This document shows positions 56,288 to 64,000 of a stretch of 64,000 nt of DNA, piece by piece. The notes beneath the pieces were generated by a model. It saw only the letters and a list, made by a program, of their open reading frames with translations. It ran no database searches and was not told where the DNA came from. This stretch comes from a virus (taxonomy: Duplodnaviria > Heunggongvirae > Uroviricota > Caudoviricetes). Where the stretch lies: IMG/VR virus record IMGVR_UViG_3300026478_000263, one strand, 5' to 3'. The position numbers were made by a program, and so were the translations under genes. How positions within the stretch are numbered: position 1 is the first letter of the stretch; the number at the start of each line of letters is the position of its first letter.

Positions 56288-57433
56288 ATGACACAAAAAA
56301 CCCATGCTCAGATTATCAACGAGCAATATCTCAAATCGGATAGCCATTTTGTAACTCTACAAGAACGTTTGGCTGAAGCACTCAAAACCGCTCCTATGTT
56401 TGTTGGACTACTCACCGGAGTAGTTGACGAATTTAAACGTCGTCACAAAGAATGGACAACCTTTACCGACCTGCTGTTGTGCCAAGCAATCATGGTGCCA
56501 ATGGACAAGATCCTAATTGACTCCACGATGCAACGCAGTCTTAATCTGCGACATGTTCTAAACATTCTTCAACACTTCCGTAGCACAATGACTATGGCTA
56601 TTCAAGTTTATATTGACGAAGACAAGCCTGGTTATTACATTGCCTGGGACGGACAGCACACCGCAATTACTCTTTACATTATTCTTACCAAAGTGTTCGG
56701 TGAACGCACAGCACAAACAATGGTGCCAGTGGTTGTGTATAATGTAAAACACAAATTAGAAATTCGTCGTAACTTTATTTTGTTAAACGGCGATGCTAAA
56801 GAAGAACTTGACTTCATTGACAAGTACAAGCAAATGGTTTATGGCTCTAAGGTTGACGGTGCAGATGACACCGAATGGACTGACACAGCCAAGAAGAACG
56901 ATTATCTTGCGGCCGCTGGCTTGTTTGCCACACACAGCAAGTTTGGTGACGAAGACCAACCTGGTGCGTTCAGTTTGTTGGCTGACACACTTATGAGCAA
57001 GAGTCTGAAGACTCGTAAGGATCCGGAAGTCACCCGTATGTTTGCTCAGTACTGGACTTACTTAAACCAACAACGTCCTGTAGAACCTAAGGAAGCACGT
57101 CAGTTATACGAATACTTTAATCTGTGTTTTGAACAAGGCATTACTGTTGATGACAAATACTTGCTAGACTTTGCGGCATTTACAAAAGAATACTTCGATG
57201 GTGACTTTGGCCCCAACGGTCCGTTCTGGGATAAGGTTAAGATGGCCTATGAAGAATGGTACAAGAAGGCCAACCCAGAGTCATACGCAGAGTCAGGATT
57301 GCGTGGCTTTACTTCAGAAATGCGTACAGGTATTCCGTTCTTGATTGCACAGGTTAAGAAGAGTACTAAATTGAAGACACCAGAATATTCTGCTAACAAC
57401 GGTTTTACTGTTGCTAAGAAAGACTTGTGGTAA
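56288..57433 (+). CDS. DUF262/DGQHR-type ParB-like nuclease-domain protein
   Basis: IAWDGQHTAITLYI block resembles the DGQQR/DGQHR motif of DUF262 (GmrS N-domain) and DndB/ParB-like proteins. Confidence 0.45.
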   Translation: MTQKTHAQIINEQYLKSDSHFVTLQERLAEALKTAPMFVGLLTGVVDEFKRRHKEWTTFTDLLLCQAIMVPMDKILIDSTMQRSLNLRHVLNILQHFRSTMTMAIQVYIDEDKPGYYIAWDGQHTAITLYIILTKVFGERTAQTMVPVVVYNVKHKLEIRRNFILLNGDAKEELDFIDKYKQMVYGSKVDGADDTEWTDTAKKNDYLAAAGLFATHSKFGDEDQPGAFSLLADTLMSKSLKTRKDPEVTRMFAQYWTYLNQQRPVEPKEARQLYEYFNLCFEQGITVDDKYLLDFAAFTKEYFDGDFGPNGPFWDKVKMAYEEWYKKANPESYAESGLRGFTSEMRTGIPFLIAQVKKSTKLKTPEYSANNGFTVAKKDLW

Positions 57434-57434
57434 T

Positions 57435-57905
57435 ATGTCCAAGCTCAGAGATCCTAATAAGGATAAACTCAAAGGACAGAGTATCCTTAAGGAACAATAT
57501 CGCTTACAATGCAAATGTAAGTTAGAAGATTGTGACAATGACCTTACAATCTTCGATGGTCCTGGTAGCGATGGTTACTGTCGTGAACACCAACTGCAAT
57601 TAACAGAGTACGGTGGTATGGGCAAAGCGGATCGTCCACACACATTCTATCGTGGGTGGGTGTGCGAGAAGTGTGGATACGATCCTCGTGTTGATCCGCA
57701 GTTTGACGATATCGAAGATCCGTTCCATAAATTACGTTGTATGCGTGGTGTAATGCACGGCGACCACTTAGAACGTCAAAGCGATGGTGGTAAAGATGTT
57801 GCAGAAAATATTCAAACACTCTGCTGTCGTTGTCACATGATTAAGACTTACAAAGAAAAAGATTATCTTAAGGGTAATAAAGGAGAATCTAATGGAAGTA
57901 ATTAA
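57435..57905 (+). CDS. HNH endonuclease with N-terminal Cys-rich zinc module
   Basis: HGDHLERQSDGG...NIQTLCCRCHMIK HNH motif; ATG at 57435 (internal Met of track ORF 57411). Confidence 0.65.
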   Translation: MSKLRDPNKDKLKGQSILKEQYRLQCKCKLEDCDNDLTIFDGPGSDGYCREHQLQLTEYGGMGKADRPHTFYRGWVCEKCGYDPRVDPQFDDIEDPFHKLRCMRGVMHGDHLERQSDGGKDVAENIQTLCCRCHMIKTYKEKDYLKGNKGESNGSN

Positions 57906-58137
57906 CATCAACGACCGCAACGAAAAACGTCGCAAAGAAAATATGCTGGATGTTATCGAAGAAGTGCGTAAGCGTATCGAAGAAGGTAGCATGGAAGAAT
58001 TTGTCATGGCCAGTATAGACAAAGATGGCGAAGTAAACATTCACGCCAGCGTTAAAGACCTTATTGGCGGGGTAGGCTTATTTGAAATAGGCAAAAACAT
58101 TCTTATTCAACAACAAACGATGATCGATTATGAATGA
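57892..58137 (+). CDS. hypothetical small protein
   Basis: 81 aa ORF. Confidence 0.35.
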   Translation: MEVININDRNEKRRKENMLDVIEEVRKRIEEGSMEEFVMASIDKDGEVNIHASVKDLIGGVGLFEIGKNILIQQQTMIDYE

Positions 58138-58843
58138 TTTTACTCCATTAAATGAACGTACATGGCCTGCTGAAAATGTTTTGGCTATGGCCTGTGCTAT
58201 TTTTAGAACTAAAGGCTATACCAGCGTTAGTGCTTTTACCAATGCAGATCCTGACAGCGATGAACGCTGGAATAGCAAAGAACATTTGAGTTATCAAATG
58301 GTTCCGGACTTGAATAAAGATTATAAAGTACTGGTCAAAGTTACTCAGGAAGATACAGATACAGCCAGTGCTATTATACATTATTATCGTAGACTGACAT
58401 TTGGTGTTATTGCAGACAATCTCAACGACTATATGCAACGAGTGTTTTCTAGTACTCAAAAACCTGAAGTAATTTTTAAAGACTTTGGTATTTTGGCCAG
58501 CGTTCCTAGTTTGTATTTCAAAGAAATGGAAAAGAAACGTATTATCACAGAGTCCAAAACTGCCAAACAAGAGCATATCGGAGTAGTAGGTGAGCCAATT
58601 TTACTGAATATTAGATATGTTAATACTAGATATGTCAAAAAACTTAACTGCTATGCCCACGATGCTGTCACAGATGGCGGTCATTTGGTAAACTTTTTGA
58701 ATAAGTCTGCACTAGGTAAGACTGGAGAGACTCAAACTATACGTGCCAGAGTCAAAGCACACGGTGTAAATTACACAACCAAATCCATTGAAACCCAATT
58801 AAATTATGTCAAACCAATTGACAAAGAGTTAATTTGGCAGTAA
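58130..58843 (+). CDS. hypothetical protein
   Basis: 237 aa ORF. Confidence 0.4.
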   Translation: MNDFTPLNERTWPAENVLAMACAIFRTKGYTSVSAFTNADPDSDERWNSKEHLSYQMVPDLNKDYKVLVKVTQEDTDTASAIIHYYRRLTFGVIADNLNDYMQRVFSSTQKPEVIFKDFGILASVPSLYFKEMEKKRIITESKTAKQEHIGVVGEPILLNIRYVNTRYVKKLNCYAHDAVTDGGHLVNFLNKSALGKTGETQTIRARVKAHGVNYTTKSIETQLNYVKPIDKELIWQ

Positions 58844-58875
58844 AATAATAGCATAGTTAAATTTTAGGAGATATT

Positions 58876-60198
58876 GTGAGCGATCCATGCCAAAATGTTA
58901 TTAGTACACTAGAAGATCATCCTAGTCGTTTGAACAAAGAAGCAATCATTCTTGCACAAGCGGAGGCAGGTAACAACGAATTCTTCGAAGGTGTGCGTCT
59001 TGCATTAGATCCAATGATTACCTTTGGACTTAAACAAATCCCAGAGAAAACAGATGCAGACGGTCCAGGCTTAGACTGGGGCAGTTTTACTCTCGCTATT
59101 ACTGGCTTTGTCACTCGCAATGTCACCGGTAATACAGCGAGGGATATGATTCAAACAATGATAAAGTCAGCCACTAAGAAACAGTGGAATGGCTGGTATC
59201 GTCGTATCCTTATTAAAGACTTGCGTTGTGGCGTAAGCGAAAAAACAATCAACAAAGTTGTGGAGAAGAAATATGCTCACTATAGTGTGCCTGTGTTTAG
59301 TTGCCAGCTCGCTCACGATAGCGCAAATCATGAGGCTAAGGTGGTTGGAAAGAAACTTATCGAAGTCAAACTTGATGGAGTACGAGTTATTACTATCGTC
59401 AGGGCCGACGGGCGTGTTGATATGTTTAGTCGTAACGGCAAAGAGCTTGTCAATTTTCCTCACATAGCAGAGCAGATTAGTGCAGTAGTTAAACAAGATC
59501 CTCCGCCATATGATTTGGTGCTAGACGGCGAAGTTATGTCTAGCAGTTTCCAAGATTTGATGAAGCAGGTACACCGCAAGAGTGATGTACAAAGCGATGA
59601 TGCTGTACTTAATTTGTTTGACGTACTACCTTTGTCAAACTTTGAACAAGGCTCTTGGGATAAAAGCCAATCGGATCGTAGCGATATGGTCTACTACTGG
59701 CACAAGAAACATAAAGATGCGTTACCTAATGTAGCAGTTGTTGGACACGAACTTGTCGATCTCGATACTGATGCAGGTAAAAAACGTTTCAAAGAAATTA
59801 ATCAAAAGGCAATCGATGGCGGTTACGAAGGTATTATGATCAAAGATCCTAATGCTGGATATGAATGTAAACGTAGTGTGGCTTGGCTTAAACTAAAGCC
59901 ATTTATCGAAGTGTCATTGGCTGTTACAGCAGTAGAAGAAGGAACAGGTAAAAATGTCGGAAAACTTGGCGCTTTTGTTTGCGAAGGCAGAGACGATGGA
60001 CGTGATATCATTGTTAATGTTGGTAGCGGTTTTACTGATGCTGATCGCGATGCTTATTGGTCCGGTCGTGAAGAGGTGGTTGGCAAAATCGTTGAGGTAC
60101 GTGCTGACGCTATCACACAAAACCAGGATGGAAGTTACTCTTTACGCTTTCCGCGCTTCTTACATTTTAGAGGGTTCCAAAGTGGCGAGAAAATTTGA
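58876..60198 (+). CDS. ATP-dependent DNA ligase
   Basis: motif I KLDGVR (IEVKLDGVRVI), 440 aa, adenylation + OB-fold layout; GTG start with GGAG RBS. Confidence 0.8.
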   Translation: MSDPCQNVISTLEDHPSRLNKEAIILAQAEAGNNEFFEGVRLALDPMITFGLKQIPEKTDADGPGLDWGSFTLAITGFVTRNVTGNTARDMIQTMIKSATKKQWNGWYRRILIKDLRCGVSEKTINKVVEKKYAHYSVPVFSCQLAHDSANHEAKVVGKKLIEVKLDGVRVITIVRADGRVDMFSRNGKELVNFPHIAEQISAVVKQDPPPYDLVLDGEVMSSSFQDLMKQVHRKSDVQSDDAVLNLFDVLPLSNFEQGSWDKSQSDRSDMVYYWHKKHKDALPNVAVVGHELVDLDTDAGKKRFKEINQKAIDGGYEGIMIKDPNAGYECKRSVAWLKLKPFIEVSLAVTAVEEGTGKNVGKLGAFVCEGRDDGRDIIVNVGSGFTDADRDAYWSGREEVVGKIVEVRADAITQNQDGSYSLRFPRFLHFRGFQSGEKI

Positions 60199-60211
60199 TA
60201 TCCGCAGAAGT

Positions 60212-60433
60212 ATGCACAAGGATATGCTCTATGGAGCATTACTAGAACTTAGCCAAAACGGTAGAGTCTGGCACGAAAGTACTGTAAGTCCTGAATACAG
60301 TCACTTAACTGAAGACGGTAAGAATGCTATTATTCATGTAGTCGAAGAAATGTTTCGCGGATTGCAGACAATTCATAAACAAGAAGTCAAAGAAGAAGCC
60401 AAACGTCAAACGTTAGAAGGACTGAAGTCGTGA
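60212..60433 (+). CDS. hypothetical small protein
   Basis: trimmed from track ORF 59954 (N-terminus overlapped ligase out of frame); ATG 60212. Confidence 0.3.
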   Translation: MHKDMLYGALLELSQNGRVWHESTVSPEYSHLTEDGKNAIIHVVEEMFRGLQTIHKQEVKEEAKRQTLEGLKS

Positions 60434-60684
60434 GTAAAGCAAAGCATAAACCTTATCAATGGATTGATGGCGAAACTGCGGATCGAATTACTAGTCTTAA
60501 TCTAAAAGACTATCGTGCTTACTTGAAAAAAGAATTACGTCAATGGAAAAAGAATCCTAAAACAGAATCAAATCCAGACGGCTATTGGTTACACCCTGAA
60601 GATGTTGTAATCAATATGCGTACCATTGAAGCATTAGATTTAATTATTAGCCATTTCCCTGAAACCTCGGATGATATAAAATGA
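60430..60684 (+). CDS. hypothetical protein
   Basis: 84 aa. Confidence 0.35.
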   Translation: MSKAKHKPYQWIDGETADRITSLNLKDYRAYLKKELRQWKKNPKTESNPDGYWLHPEDVVINMRTIEALDLIISHFPETSDDIK

Positions 60685-61163
60685 CAGAAGATCAAGAGTA
60701 TAACGAATACGAAGCCTTTGCTAAACGTATGGAAGAAAGATTTCCATTAATGTTTGCGGAACGCTACGGCGGATTTGCTGTAGGTAAAGGTTGGTGGCCT
60801 ATCCTAGAAAATCTCTGTGCCAATATACAGGGCAGGATTGATTGGGCAAAGAAGCAACACGATTGGGACGTTGAAAATAAAAAAGAACCTGCTCGTGAAC
60901 TTATTCCGCAGGTAGTTGTAGAACAAATTAAAGAAAAGTTTGGCGGGCTTCGTTTCTATTATCAAGGCGGTGACGAATACATTCACGGCATGGTTACCAT
61001 GGCAGAATCCTGGGCAGACTCTTGTTGCGAAGAATGTTGTGCTCCTGGCAAACGTAGAGATGGCGGATGGATTCGTACGCTATGCGATATGCACGAAGCA
61101 GAGTATCAGAAAAAACGTCAATCACCCGAGGATTATGCCAAACAAAACGGTTTAGAACTTTAA
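60681..61163 (+). CDS. hypothetical Cys-rich protein
   Basis: 160 aa, CCEECC cluster. Confidence 0.4.
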   Translation: MTEDQEYNEYEAFAKRMEERFPLMFAERYGGFAVGKGWWPILENLCANIQGRIDWAKKQHDWDVENKKEPARELIPQVVVEQIKEKFGGLRFYYQGGDEYIHGMVTMAESWADSCCEECCAPGKRRDGGWIRTLCDMHEAEYQKKRQSPEDYAKQNGLEL

Positions 61164-61174
61164 GGAGAAGTAGC

Positions 61175-61678
61175 ATGGCAACCTGGACAGTAAGAACTTA
61201 TTACAAAAAGAGTGTACAAGAAGTTGAATTTTGGGTTCAACGAGAAGGTAAAGGCAGAATTACTACCACCAATGGATTCCGTTGGGGAGAATGGTCAGTA
61301 GAAACCAGTGACGACAATCCTCCAGAATTTGAATTTACAGAAGTTCCTGGAGGCGATGGCCGAAAAGACAGCATCAATATGCTAGACTGCTCATACAATA
61401 ATATTGAAGAAGTTGAACTTATCAGTATGGACGACGGTGGTTGCTGGTATGATATCGAGTTTGATGGCCTAACAGAAGAAGAGGAAGAAGAACTGCAAGA
61501 GTTTATCGACGAGAATAGCATTTACGATTTAGAAGATCGCGAAGATTCATGGTATCAAGATGAAACTGAATGGTGGATTTGGGGTCCTATTGAGATTAAA
61601 AACGAAGACGGCGAAACTGTACGCATCATCTGTGCAGATGAAGACGGTAATGTTATTGACTTTAAGGACGAAGAATGA
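61175..61678 (+). CDS. hypothetical acidic protein
   Basis: GGAGAAG RBS then ATG at 61175; Glu/Asp-rich. Confidence 0.4.
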   Translation: MATWTVRTYYKKSVQEVEFWVQREGKGRITTTNGFRWGEWSVETSDDNPPEFEFTEVPGGDGRKDSINMLDCSYNNIEEVELISMDDGGCWYDIEFDGLTEEEEEELQEFIDENSIYDLEDREDSWYQDETEWWIWGPIEIKNEDGETVRIICADEDGNVIDFKDEE

Positions 61679-61896
61679 ACGAACGAATTCAACAACTTGA
61701 GCAACAGGCTCGTATCTATGCTGTCAAGCAAAACGAAACTACAGCAATGCCGTATAGTCAAGCATACGCAGAAAAGTATGTAGAGTTGATGGAACGAATG
61801 GTGTTGGATGCAATGGTAGAATCTGAATGGTTTCATGGCAAGGCAACCAATAATCAGCGAACCCAAGCGTATGTGGCAAGAACATTTCGGAGTTGA
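61675..61896 (+). CDS. hypothetical small protein
   Basis: 73 aa. Confidence 0.35.
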   Translation: MNERIQQLEQQARIYAVKQNETTAMPYSQAYAEKYVELMERMVLDAMVESEWFHGKATNNQRTQAYVARTFRS

Positions 61897-61899
61897 AGA

Positions 61900-62439
61900 A
61901 TGAGCAAAGTATATCTGATCAAACCGTTAGAAAAGAAAAGTATCTGCTGGCACATTGAAATGTACCGCGAAAATGCGGATGGTTCAATTAGTTGGTTCAA
62001 CATCGATGATCACTATCGTTGGGGTCAAGGGTTTGTTGAAGAAGACATGGATTGTAACTTGCCTTTAGAAGGCGATGCTCAAGCACACGCTAAGACAGAC
62101 TGCGGTTGGGGGTCTGAATTAGATGACCAACACGCTTGTTGGTTTGAATTTAGCGATGATATCACTGAAGAAGAGCAAGAACAAATTAAAGAGTGTTACC
62201 TAGAAGGCGATCCAGACGATGACGACGAGCGCAGTGGTGCGGCTTGGTTGTTTGAAGGCAATCATGATTGGCAAGTTGAAGATGACTACCTAGTTATCGA
62301 CGCTCCTTTCCAAGTCAGTCTCTGTGAAGATGACGGTACTGTTGTTGAAGAAAACGTTAAATTACGTACTAGAGAAGAACTTGCTGAGTCTGTTCGAAAA
62401 TGGCAGGAAGAAAATGGGAACAATAAGTGGCCGTTTTAA
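61900..62439 (+). CDS. hypothetical acidic protein
   Basis: 179 aa, Asp/Glu-rich. Confidence 0.4.
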   Translation: MSKVYLIKPLEKKSICWHIEMYRENADGSISWFNIDDHYRWGQGFVEEDMDCNLPLEGDAQAHAKTDCGWGSELDDQHACWFEFSDDITEEEQEQIKECYLEGDPDDDDERSGAAWLFEGNHDWQVEDDYLVIDAPFQVSLCEDDGTVVEENVKLRTREELAESVRKWQEENGNNKWPF

Positions 62440-62809
62440 TTGGCCTGTAACTATGCCCACTCCAAACAATTACAATAATAATCCTCCGGGTCATTACAAA
62501 CATCAATATAATTTAATCGATGACAAGGTTGTAGAGTTCAAAGAACTAATTGTACATCGATTTAAAATGGGAGATGTGGAAGATCCAGACCTGTATGCCG
62601 CACAACCATTATTAGAATGGCAGGAAAGCGAATCGGGTAAATGGGTTATGAGTCACGCTGTAGAAACTCCTATATGGCATAGACATATGGCTCCAATGAA
62701 CTATCATACCGATTATGCTATAACAGCCAAACTAACTGCTCAAGATGCTACATTTTTTATATTAAAATGGGGCAATAGCATTGACAGAATCGGTACATTT
62801 CAAGTATAA
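62414..62809 (+). CDS. hypothetical protein
   Basis: internal Met of track ORF 62324; upstream part overlaps previous gene. Confidence 0.35.
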   Translation: MGTISGRFNWPVTMPTPNNYNNNPPGHYKHQYNLIDDKVVEFKELIVHRFKMGDVEDPDLYAAQPLLEWQESESGKWVMSHAVETPIWHRHMAPMNYHTDYAITAKLTAQDATFFILKWGNSIDRIGTFQV

Positions 62810-62816
62810 TACTAGT

Positions 62817-63668
62817 ATGAAAATTAAACTTGTGTCAGATCTCCATTTAGAGTTTAGCGACATCAATATCCAAAATGATCAGGATTACGATGTGCTTATT
62901 CTTGCCGGCGATATTATGATTGCAGAGGAACTCTACGACCATCCTGTTGTGCCCAGCATCTACGAGTATGGTGCGTTTGCTGACCTTGGACGTAAACAAC
63001 AAAGGGTAGCTCGCTTTCGTGACTTTTTGAAACGTTGCAGTTTCCAATTCCCAAATACAATTTACGTAGCGGGTAACCATGAATTCTATCACGGTAAATG
63101 GAATCGTACACTTACTGTACTATCTGAGGAGTGCGCTCAGTTCCCTAATGTCTACTTCTTGGAGGCAGGCTCAAAGAAAATTGATGATGTAACATTTATT
63201 GGTGGTACATTGTGGACTGACATGAACAAAGGTGATCCTTTGACACTCCATGCTGTGCGGGATATGATGAATGACTTTCGTGTTATCAAAAAGGAAGAAG
63301 AAGGTTACACTAACCTTAAGCCACATGATACTGTTATCCGTCATCGTCATATGCTTGGCTACATCAAAAATGTAGTAGCAGAACGCCCTGACGAAAAGTT
63401 TGTTGTAGTAGGACATCATTCGCCGAGTTTCCAAAGTGTACACGAACAGTACAGAGGTGAAACACTAATGAACGGTGCTTACCACAGTGATTTGAGTGAG
63501 TTCATCTTGGATCGTCCACAAATCAAACTGTGGGTACACGGTCACACTCATCATTGTTTTGATTATATGATTGGTGAAACAAGAGTTGTGTGTAATCCAC
63601 GTGGTTACGAATCAGATGGTTACAGCGAAGATAGTGGCTGGAACCCTAACATAGTATTGGAAGTATAA
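62817..63668 (+). CDS. metallophosphoesterase (calcineurin-like)
   Basis: DLHLEF, GDIM, GNHEFYHG, GHHS, GHTH motifs; ATG 62817. Confidence 0.7.
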   Translation: MKIKLVSDLHLEFSDINIQNDQDYDVLILAGDIMIAEELYDHPVVPSIYEYGAFADLGRKQQRVARFRDFLKRCSFQFPNTIYVAGNHEFYHGKWNRTLTVLSEECAQFPNVYFLEAGSKKIDDVTFIGGTLWTDMNKGDPLTLHAVRDMMNDFRVIKKEEEGYTNLKPHDTVIRHRHMLGYIKNVVAERPDEKFVVVGHHSPSFQSVHEQYRGETLMNGAYHSDLSEFILDRPQIKLWVHGHTHHCFDYMIGETRVVCNPRGYESDGYSEDSGWNPNIVLEV

Positions 63669-64000
63669 TGAAAGTTGGATTAAGTTATAGCCGTTGTGTT
63701 CGAGACATTGTTGATGGTGTTGTAGATATCAATGATGTTCTTGTTCTCATTACTCGTACGGACTTTGATCCGCATAACGATGAACAATGGGGCAATATTT
63801 GGGAAGGCTACGGCGGTGGTCGTAGTGCGGGCAGTATCTGGAGTAACCCAGAATGGACTGGTTATCATAACGAACAACAGTTTCGTGATATTAGCATCGA
63901 ATTGTATGATTCGGGTAAAATGCACCAGCCAAGAAAGTTTGGCGCACATCCAAGTCGTCGCCCAGAGATTTGGTTAGAAACAGTTTTGCCTAGCAGTGAG
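63668..64000 (+). CDS. hypothetical protein (3' partial, runs off window)
   Basis: TAATG overlap start, open frame to window end. Confidence 0.3.
   Translation, partial: MKVGLSYSRCVRDIVDGVVDINDVLVLITRTDFDPHNDEQWGNIWEGYGGGRSAGSIWSNPEWTGYHNEQQFRDISIELYDSGKMHQPRKFGAHPSRRPEIWLETVLPSSE

Noticed and set aside
59954-60211. N-terminal 86 codons of track ORF 59954-60433
   Set aside because: They overlap the DNA ligase gene out of frame. The CDS was trimmed to the Met at 60212 downstream of the ligase stop.

Overview
This window is a gene-dense, AT-rich stretch of what reads as a large T4-like marine myovirus (pelagimyophage-like), not a bacterial chromosome. Almost all genes are on the + strand, with one short minus-strand cluster at 20.9-22.8 kb. 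Many sigma70 promoters (TTGACA-17-TATAAT) and T4-type late-promoter motifs (TATAAATA) are visible. The window carries a large host-takeover cargo. One part is translation and proteostasis: ribosomal protein S21, IF-1, a circularly permuted two-piece tmRNA, DnaK, Hsp20, ClpS, ClpP, an Hsp90-like GHKL ATPase, a ClpX-like AAA+ ATPase, and two FtsH modulators (BI-1/YccA and an SPFH/HflK-like lipoprotein). The rest of the cargo: a heme oxygenase plus ferredoxin-dependent bilin reductase (PcyX-like) pair; three proteins sharing a T4-like capsid-targeting N-terminus (MRAKEFI), one carrying an HExxH motif; and a curli-like module (CsgF-like, CsgG with an extra C-terminal domain, a CsgA-like curlin-repeat protein, and a giant curlin-repeat/PA14 protein). 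It also includes a CHASE2-adenylate cyclase, a peroxiredoxin/AhpD pair, a D-Ala-D-Ala carboxypeptidase, a delta-9-type desaturase and an outer-membrane beta-barrel protein. There is a roughly 7.7 kb tRNA array with more than 30 tRNA genes (several non-canonical) separated by structured non-coding islands rich in GCAAGG tetraloop hairpins. A solitary tRNA-like gene with a CUA (amber-reading) anticodon sits at 32.6 kb. Downstream lie an RNA-repair-like set (dual-specificity phosphatase, two metallophosphoesterases, RNA ligase-like, P-loop polynucleotide-kinase-like, DEDDh exonuclease), an ATP-dependent DNA ligase, and a DUF262/ParB-like protein plus a separate HNH nuclease. A large fibre-like protein and an 884-aa S8 subtilisin-domain protein are the only obvious structural genes. 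Coordinates of RNA genes and trimmed CDS starts were derived by hand and may be off by 1-2 nt.
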